In this document: piece after piece, positions 17,971-23,278 of the stretch
Layout: the number at the start of each line of letters is the position of its first letter
Position numbering within the stretch: the first letter of the stretch is position 1
Program-made: the position numbers and the translations under genes
IMG/VR virus record: IMGVR_UViG_2562617087_000022
Length of the DNA: 23,278 nt
Source: a virus
Lineage: Duplodnaviria > Heunggongvirae > Uroviricota > Caudoviricetes
Direction: 5' to 3' (one strand)
The notes under the pieces: generated by a model
Seen by the model: only the letters and a program-made list of their open reading frames with translations
What the model was told of the DNA's origin: nothing
Databases searched by the model: none

Positions 17971-18001
17971 CGGTTTTTTTGTGTGTGCATGTTCTGGTTT
18001 C

Positions 18002-18301
18002 TTACTGGTTCAGAAAAAAATCAAAAACGTTATCGATGCGTTGCAGCAGCTCTTGCTGCATTGCTTCCGGCGTTTCCGGTTCGCCAGGTGCCCCCAGCGT
18101 TGCGCAGAAATCAGCGATTTCATGATGGAGCGTGAGGCGAATGGCAGGAGCCGTGGTTCTGGCGTGCTCCAGCTGATCCAGCAGTGCCAGCACAGCAGAC
18201 GGCGAGAGCATTGCGCGAAATGCCAGTAATTTTTGAGGCGTTGCCATTCGTTGCAGGGCAAATGCCAGTTCGCGTAGCTTCTGGTGGTTGATGGTGCTCA
18301 T
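18002..18301 (-). CDS. Hypothetical phage early protein
   Basis: 99-aa ORF; start overlaps the stop of the upstream gene (ATGA), indicating translational coupling. Confidence 0.5.
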   Translation of the reverse strand: MSTINHQKLRELAFALQRMATPQKLLAFRAMLSPSAVLALLDQLEHARTTAPAIRLTLHHEIADFCATLGAPGEPETPEAMQQELLQRIDNVFDFFLNQ

Positions 18302-18564
18302 GCTCTGGCTTCCTTCAGTAGCTGGTTAAACATGTGAGTAAGTGGATTGCTACACCCGAACGGCATCGGGTTTACGTGGTAAGAAGCCTGGCCTCCTGTT
18401 TTGCGAGCGCGACCACCTGTGCTGCGGTTTGTTCTGATGACTAAGCCGCCGCGCCAAAGTCGGCGTAACTCAGCATTAATGGCTGTGGTTGGGGTATTCA
18501 GTGCTGCGGCGATCTCTCCGCCGCTACACCCCGGATGAGTAGCGATGTAGTCCAGAATGGTCAT
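18298..18564 (-). CDS. Hypothetical protein, possible winged-helix DNA-binding fold
   Basis: 88-aa ORF, overlaps neighbours by 4 nt; ...GGEIAAALNTPTTAINAELRRLWRGGLV... looks HTH-like. Confidence 0.5.
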   Translation of the reverse strand: MTILDYIATHPGCSGGEIAAALNTPTTAINAELRRLWRGGLVIRTNRSTGGRARKTGGQASYHVNPMPFGCSNPLTHMFNQLLKEARA

Positions 18565-18764
18565 CTGCGTGGCTCCTGTACCTGTCGGATAAGATTTACT
18601 CGCGCCACGTTGGTGGCGCAGAAGTAAGTGCCGTCAGTGAGGTAGATGTGGTGTGCATCCTTTTCCGAACGATGTTTGTCGATAGTGGTAATCAGGCGTT
18701 CGTCGACCTCGTATTCGCGCCCTCTGGAGGTAAAGCGAACGACGGGAAAATGCTTAATTGCCAT
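18561..18764 (-). CDS. Hypothetical small protein
   Basis: 67-aa ORF in the coupled three-gene run. Confidence 0.45.
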   Translation of the reverse strand: MAIKHFPVVRFTSRGREYEVDERLITTIDKHRSEKDAHHIYLTDGTYFCATNVARVNLIRQVQEPRR

Positions 18765-18787
18765 TGCGCCCCCTTTGTCCAGTAACC

Positions 18788-19204
18788 CTATGCGTTAAAT
18801 ACGGCACGTTGCGCGTCATCAATGAATACAGCTTGAGAGCGTTCTATCAGGCGGAGATTTGTCAGAAGCTCTGACTCTTTTGTGTGGTAAGGCGTTATCA
18901 GGTATTTGCCGTGCAGTTCGGCAATAATGGTGTATTGCAGCATCATTGCTGAACCAAGAATATAAATGCAGCGTCCAATGCTGGACGGATTCATGGCTGC
19001 AACTGTTGACTGTGTTTTAAGAGTGTCGATTTCTTTGCTCTGTTCCTCAATAACTTTGGCTGCTTCAGGGGTGGCTATTGCGATGGTCAGTGCGTAAAGC
19101 GCTGCCATATGTTGATTATCTTTCTGGGCTGCCCTGGACAGCTTGTCTTGCTCTGCTGACACTATTTTTAATGTATTGATAATATTTTTTTCTTTTGCGT
19201 TCAT
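18788..19204 (-). CDS. Hypothetical protein
   Basis: 138-aa ORF with RBS ACGGAGA; AT-richer than its neighbours. Confidence 0.5.
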   Translation of the reverse strand: MNAKEKNIINTLKIVSAEQDKLSRAAQKDNQHMAALYALTIAIATPEAAKVIEEQSKEIDTLKTQSTVAAMNPSSIGRCIYILGSAMMLQYTIIAELHGKYLITPYHTKESELLTNLRLIERSQAVFIDDAQRAVFNA

Positions 19205-19317
19205 TTTATATCTCCGTTATTTACGTGTGCGAATACCTCCGCGAATGCGGATAGTTTTCAGGTTTTCGGGTTTAATCTGGTGTTCTGTTTAAGCTGTTAT
19301 TTGTCAGTGAAAAAGCG

Positions 19318-19410
19318 TTCAATCTTTTTTACTGAATGAATAATTCGCATAATCCCAATGGCGCAGGCCACCGAAATAATCAGAACAAGCCATGAGATAA
19401 ATATACTCAT
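19318..19410 (-). CDS. Putative 30-aa hydrophobic membrane peptide (not in the ORF track)
   Basis: MSIFISWLVLIISVACAIGIMRIIHSVKKI; ATG overlaps the stop of the upstream gene (ATGA); GGGGA 7 nt upstream. Confidence 0.3.
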
Positions 19411-19649
19411 GCGATATTCCCCAGCTTATATGGTTCAATGTGTTCCCCGCATTCTGCGGCACAGATCAGCTCGGAAAGTTCGTTAAGTGCATCCAGATCA
19501 TCAGCGTAAAAAGCAACGTCATACAAACTCCGGATTGCCCTGGTCAATGAGTCACGGGCTGCACGTTCAGCATGAGCGCCTGATGCACTTAAGCGAAAAT
19601 AAAATCGTTCAGGTGCTTTGTTAATGAGAGTTTTATATTCTTTGCCCAT
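19407..19649 (-). CDS. Hypothetical protein
   Basis: 80-aa ORF in the early operon. Confidence 0.5.
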   Translation of the reverse strand: MGKEYKTLINKAPERFYFRLSASGAHAERAARDSLTRAIRSLYDVAFYADDLDALNELSELICAAECGEHIEPYKLGNIA

Positions 19650-19660
19650 CGCAACGCCCT

Positions 19661-19939
19661 TTAATCTGCTTTCTGAATTTCAGCTTCTGAATCCATACAA
19701 ATAATTTCGATATAGGGTTCATCGCCATTAACCTGACGAGCCTTTTCAGCTTCGCTAATGATTTCTCGTACGGTCTGGTACGGAAGCTCCACAGTCAGGC
19801 GCGTACCGTTCAGATAAACGTAAGTAGCTGCGTTTTTTTCGGATGGAACAATTCCGTCAATGGCTGATGCGCGTAATAACAGTTCACCGCGAAAATCAAT
19901 AAAACGGATAAATACACCTTGTGCATGCTCTTTGGTCAT
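19661..19939 (-). CDS. Hypothetical protein
   Basis: Likely start at the internal ATG (MTKEHAQGVF...), 92 aa, giving a 10-bp gap to the upstream gene. Confidence 0.45.
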   Translation of the reverse strand: MTKEHAQGVFIRFIDFRGELLLRASAIDGIVPSEKNAATYVYLNGTRLTVELPYQTVREIISEAEKARQVNGDEPYIEIICMDSEAEIQKAD

Positions 19940-19949
19940 AAAGCACCTG

Positions 19950-20300
19950 TTATAAATCAGCCTGTTTAATAAAACTTTGCCCGCGAAGCAGACGATCAAC
20001 CGTGCGAAGTGCTTCGTATAATGTGAAATCCTGCCCGAAGTGATTGTCGCCGCAGTTCAATGCAAAAATGCGGTTCCCGGTAAACGGATTGCGTGGGCAT
20101 TTGTGGACCACGATTCCAGCTTTCTCAATCAGCCAGGCATGTTCGCCGATTTGTTTTACAGCGTGGCCATCCGGTGTTGCATGCGTCTCGTTCAGGTTAT
20201 AGCGACTGTTACTACGTGATGCACTGGTAGCGACGTGGTGTACATGGCGTTCTACGCCATTACGAAATTTGGAGTATGGATTATTAGCGTTTTTTTTCAT
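19950..20300 (-). CDS. Hypothetical protein
   Basis: 116-aa ORF in the early operon. Confidence 0.5.
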   Translation of the reverse strand: MKKNANNPYSKFRNGVERHVHHVATSASRSNSRYNLNETHATPDGHAVKQIGEHAWLIEKAGIVVHKCPRNPFTGNRIFALNCGDNHFGQDFTLYEALRTVDRLLRGQSFIKQADL

Positions 20301-20321
20301 GATGGTGCTCTGTTCATTGTT

Positions 20322-20525
20322 TTAGCTGTTAGCCAAAGCGTCTTTTAACATCGCCACAAGGTTTACTTCAGGCTTTTCCATTTTGGCGCGTTTGGGGCGG
20401 ATAATAATTCGACCGTCAGCCAACATCTTTTTGCATGTATTAAGAGGGATACCTGTTATCTCTGCATATTTCTGCAGGGATACATAGGGGGCATTCACAT
20501 TGATATTGATGGTTATACCTGACAT
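20322..20525 (-). CDS. Putative Cox/Apl/excisionase-like DNA-binding protein
   Basis: 67-aa ORF; ...YVSLQKYAEITGIPLNTCKKMLADGRI... helix-turn-helix-like; second gene of the leftward operon. Confidence 0.4.
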   Translation of the reverse strand: MSGITININVNAPYVSLQKYAEITGIPLNTCKKMLADGRIIIRPKRAKMEKPEVNLVAMLKDALANS

Positions 20526-20541
20526 CCCACTAGCCTCCTGA

Positions 20542-20748
20542 TCAGGAAGATTTGTTTTGTTCTTTCTGGGTTAGCTCTAGGCCGCGAAGGGAGATCATGC
20601 GCGCCATGTTAGAGGATGAGCGTTGTTCTTTAGCTGCCATTTCATCAATGACGGCTCGCTCCTCGAGGGACAGCCGAAGTGCCAGTCTTGGACCTGTGGC
20701 GGTGTTACGCGGAATGCGTGATCTGGTATCGTGAAGAACTTGTTTCAT
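20542..20748 (-). CDS. Putative ribbon-helix-helix regulator (Cro-like position)
   Basis: 68-aa ORF, first gene leftward of the divergent control region; ...RLALRLSLEERAVIDEMAAKEQRSSSNMARMISLRG... looks RHH-like. Confidence 0.4.
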   Translation of the reverse strand: MKQVLHDTRSRIPRNTATGPRLALRLSLEERAVIDEMAAKEQRSSSNMARMISLRGLELTQKEQNKSS

Positions 20749-20790
20749 AGTGGTATATTGTGATCATCTAATAGCTCGTGAAATCATTTT

Positions 20791-20808
20791 GGTATCAAAA
20801 AAGATACC
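20791..20808. promoter_or_regulatory. Palindromic operator candidate GGTATC-N6-GATACC in the divergent control region
   Basis: Perfect inverted repeat overlapping the spacer of a leftward TTGACA-N17-CAAAAT promoter candidate. Confidence 0.45.
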
Positions 20809-20823
20809 TGTCAAGGTTTTTGT

Positions 20824-21228
20824 ATGAAAAATGATATTGGTCGGCGGTTGCGTGAGGAAAGGGAAAGATTGGGACTTAGTCAAGTTGCCATGAGCGACAT
20901 TGGTGGAGTCAAAAAGCTAACTCAGCTTAGATATGAGAAAGGAGATAGCTTTCCTGATGCTGCGTATTTGGCAGCGCTGTCTCGTTTTGGCCTTGATGTT
21001 CAGTATGTTGTGTTGGGAATTCACTCACCTGAAACTTATAACGATGATGAGCAGGAATTGATTACTCGCTTTCGAGCAGCTTCGTTAGATGTGAAAAACG
21101 CGGTGATTGGGGCTTTAAAAGGTGCGATCAGTGAAAAGGAAACTCAGCCATCAGGACGTGAGTTAAATATTTCTGGTGGTAATAACCGTATCGCTGGTCG
21201 TGACTATAACGAAACTAAGGGTAGGTGA
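20824..21228 (+). CDS. CI-like immunity repressor (XRE-family HTH)
   Basis: 134-aa ORF; N-terminal ...RLREERERLGLSQVAMSDIGGVKKLTQLRYEKGDSFPDAAYLAALSRFG... HTH; divergent from the early operon and co-directional with the integrase. Confidence 0.8.
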   Translation: MKNDIGRRLREERERLGLSQVAMSDIGGVKKLTQLRYEKGDSFPDAAYLAALSRFGLDVQYVVLGIHSPETYNDDEQELITRFRAASLDVKNAVIGALKGAISEKETQPSGRELNISGGNNRIAGRDYNETKGR

Positions 21229-21243
21229 TAGTAGGGAGGTGAC

Positions 21244-21894
21244 ATGGCCGTCAACTCAAACGGTTCAAACAATCGCGTTGCTGGGCGTGATTTTCACGAA
21301 AAGAATATTCAGATAGAGCGATATGATGGTTCTCATACCGTCAATATCGCAATCCCTTCGAATAATGATGATGACGATCGCCCTTTGCTTAAGGCTCAGC
21401 GTAAGGAGCTAAATAGCTTGGTTGCTGCTATTGCAGAAGCTAGCAATACTGAAGCGTTTATTATTTGGCAAAAAGTACATGCGGAGATTGGTGTAGCTGG
21501 TATTGATGATATGACAGTAAATCAATATAAAACAGCGGAGAGTTTTCTGCATGCAATGCTTGAGCGATGTAAAGATCATGATGCCTGTAAGGCTCTTGTA
21601 AGTTTATTACTACGTAACAGTGAAGACTGTGGACTTCGACAAAAACTTCTGCGGTATTGCCATATCAATTTCGGTACAGGACGTTTAAACGATCTTACTC
21701 GTTCTCAGTTACAGTCTGCATTGTCGTGGTTAGAGCAACAATCGGCATCAAGCCACATAGAGAGTTCGACCTTACCAGAAGTCCGACTTCGTGCTTCAGA
21801 ATTAATCCGACTTTATCCAAAAGAAATAATATTCTTTATCTGCGTAGGGGTTTTGGTAGGCGGTGTCATTTCTAGGGCGTTTTTTAATTTGTAA
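21244..21894 (+). CDS. Hypothetical membrane-anchored protein (C-terminal TM helix), lysogeny-side cargo
   Basis: 216-aa ORF with strong GGGAGG RBS; AT-rich; C-terminal ...IIFFICVGVLVGGVISRAFFNL; N-terminus shares a motif with the repressor C-terminus. Confidence 0.6.
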   Translation: MAVNSNGSNNRVAGRDFHEKNIQIERYDGSHTVNIAIPSNNDDDDRPLLKAQRKELNSLVAAIAEASNTEAFIIWQKVHAEIGVAGIDDMTVNQYKTAESFLHAMLERCKDHDACKALVSLLLRNSEDCGLRQKLLRYCHINFGTGRLNDLTRSQLQSALSWLEQQSASSHIESSTLPEVRLRASELIRLYPKEIIFFICVGVLVGGVISRAFFNL

Positions 21895-21923
21895 TCTTAC
21901 TTGAGCTAAATTGAGGTAATGAT

Positions 21924-22271
21924 ATGAAAGTAAAAAAGGTTCAACTATTAGTTACTTTTTTATCTATGTTTTCTTTTTCCGCCGTCGCAATGCCTTTTAA
22001 AACTATTGAACGTGAGAGTTTCAATGGGGTATGGCCATTTAATACTGATGAGGTTCAATTACAGTGTCTTGATGGTAATCCTTATGTGATGAATTTTGAC
22101 GATAATAAGTTATATGCACTTACAGGTTTGGCTCGAATAAAAGGTAAAACATTTGGTGCGTTACCGTTAGATAACAATAATCCATTTTGGCTAGATAATG
22201 ATGCCGCCCCAGGGTTAAAAAAGAGTCTGGGGGATGTCACTAAGGCTGCATTTGATTTATGTGATAAGTAA
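21924..22271 (+). CDS. Hypothetical secreted/periplasmic protein (signal peptide)
   Basis: 115-aa ORF with GAGGT RBS; N-terminal MKVKKVQLLVTFLSMFSFSAVA; two Cys; AT-rich. Confidence 0.6.
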   Translation: MKVKKVQLLVTFLSMFSFSAVAMPFKTIERESFNGVWPFNTDEVQLQCLDGNPYVMNFDDNKLYALTGLARIKGKTFGALPLDNNNPFWLDNDAAPGLKKSLGDVTKAAFDLCDK

Positions 22272-22276
22272 CTAAA

Positions 22277-23278
22277 ATGTCGGTTCGTAAGATTCCATCA
22301 GGTAAATGGCTTTGTGAATGTTATCCCTACGGGGCATCGGGAAAACGCATTCGTAAACAGTTTGCGACAAAAAGTGAGGCGCTCTCTTATGAGCGCCGTT
22401 TAATGAATAGTAGAGTTGGAGACGAGTTTCAAGATGGTTCTGGTCCTCGTCTTTCTGAGTTGATTGCTCGTTGGTTTGAGATGTACGGTAAAACCTTGTC
22501 CTCTGGTGCAGAGCGCAAAGTCAAACTTGAGGCGATTTGTTCCAGGCTGGGAGATCCATTTGCTTCTCAGTTTGACAAAAATATGTTTGCTACTTATCGG
22601 GAAAGAAGGCTATCAGGAGAATGGAATCCCAAGGGGAAGAAAAAACTTAGTGAAGCAACCGTTAATCGCGAGCAGTCATATCTACATGCTGTTTTTGCCG
22701 AACTGAAGCGCCTTGGGGAGTGGTCTGGTGAAAACCCCCTGACTGGTATTCGCAAGTTTCGTGAGGAAGAAAAGGAACTGGCGTTTCTGTATGTAGATGA
22801 GATTGAACGCCTTCTGATTGCGTGTGATGAGTCACGGAATAAAGATTTGGGGGTTGTTGTCCGTATTGGGCTTGCGACTGGTGCTCGGTGGAGTGAAGCA
22901 GAAGGATTAAAGCAATCTCAAGTACTGCCCGGTCGAATCACATTTGTTAAAACTAAAGGAAAGAAGAACCGCACTGTACCGATTTCACCTCAATTGCAAG
23001 CTATGCTTCCTAAAAAACGAGGAGCGCTATTTTCACCATGTTATGAGGCTTTTGACGCTGCAATTAAGAGAGCGAAGATCGAGCTTCCTGATGGGCAATT
23101 AACTCATGTGCTACGTCACACGTTTGCCAGTCATTTTATGATGCGGGGTGGAAATATTCTTGTGTTGCAAAAAATACTGGGGCATAGCGATATAAAAATG
23201 ACTATGCGTTATGCGCATTTTGCTCCAGGTCATTTAGAGGCTGCTGTTGAATTGAACCCTTTTGACAATAGAGGGTAA
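22277..23278 (+). CDS. int: Tyrosine integrase (P2-family site-specific recombinase)
   Basis: 333-aa ORF; catalytic pattern ...RIGLATGARWSEA..., ...HVLRHTFASHFMMRGGNILVLQKILGHSDIKMTMRYAHF...; reads toward the right window edge. Confidence 0.92.
   Translation: MSVRKIPSGKWLCECYPYGASGKRIRKQFATKSEALSYERRLMNSRVGDEFQDGSGPRLSELIARWFEMYGKTLSSGAERKVKLEAICSRLGDPFASQFDKNMFATYRERRLSGEWNPKGKKKLSEATVNREQSYLHAVFAELKRLGEWSGENPLTGIRKFREEEKELAFLYVDEIERLLIACDESRNKDLGVVVRIGLATGARWSEAEGLKQSQVLPGRITFVKTKGKKNRTVPISPQLQAMLPKKRGALFSPCYEAFDAAIKRAKIELPDGQLTHVLRHTFASHFMMRGGNILVLQKILGHSDIKMTMRYAHFAPGHLEAAVELNPFDNRG

Noticed and set aside
17373-17990. 205-aa minus-strand ORF across the non-coding island, plus ORFs 17624..17917 and 17635..17928
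   Set aside because: Low-complexity Ser/Arg/Thr-rich translation overlapping the better-supported 17449..17679 gene in another frame and running through terminator hairpins; region interpreted as non-coding.
17680-18001. Retron (msr-msd) hypothesis for the structured non-coding island
   Set aside because: No reverse transcriptase ORF anywhere in the window; the inverted repeats are better explained as terminator or regulatory hairpins.

Overview
This window appears to be an enterobacterial (E. coli-like) chromosome segment. It begins with the core gene pgsA and the glyW-cysT-leuZ tRNA operon, followed by about 22 kb of a decayed P2/186-family prophage carrying insertion sequences. All calls are from reading the sequence and recalled protein families; no database search was run. 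From left to right: an AT-rich stretch with a small secreted-protein ORF; an IS30 copy with a complete 1310-bp IS629 nested inside it; an N-terminal fragment of a tail protein D-like gene; a P2-type tail module (sheath FI, tube FII, E/E' with a TTTTTTG slippery site, a frameshifted tape measure T, U); an AT-rich hexapeptide acetyltransferase moron with its own promoter and terminator; a 5'-truncated tail-fibre assembly gene abutting a 3'-truncated second IS629 copy; a ParM/ParR partition cassette; the P2-type rolling-circle replication gene A; an early operon of small genes with a structured non-coding island; a divergent operator region; a CI-like repressor; two AT-rich cargo genes; and a P2-family tyrosine integrase at the right edge. 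Head, lysis and baseplate genes are absent, and the FI-U block is inverted relative to canonical P2 synteny. The most promising candidates for undescribed biology are the ParMR cassette in the accessory slot after gene A, the repressor-linked two-gene cargo next to the integrase, and the structured non-coding island in the early operon.
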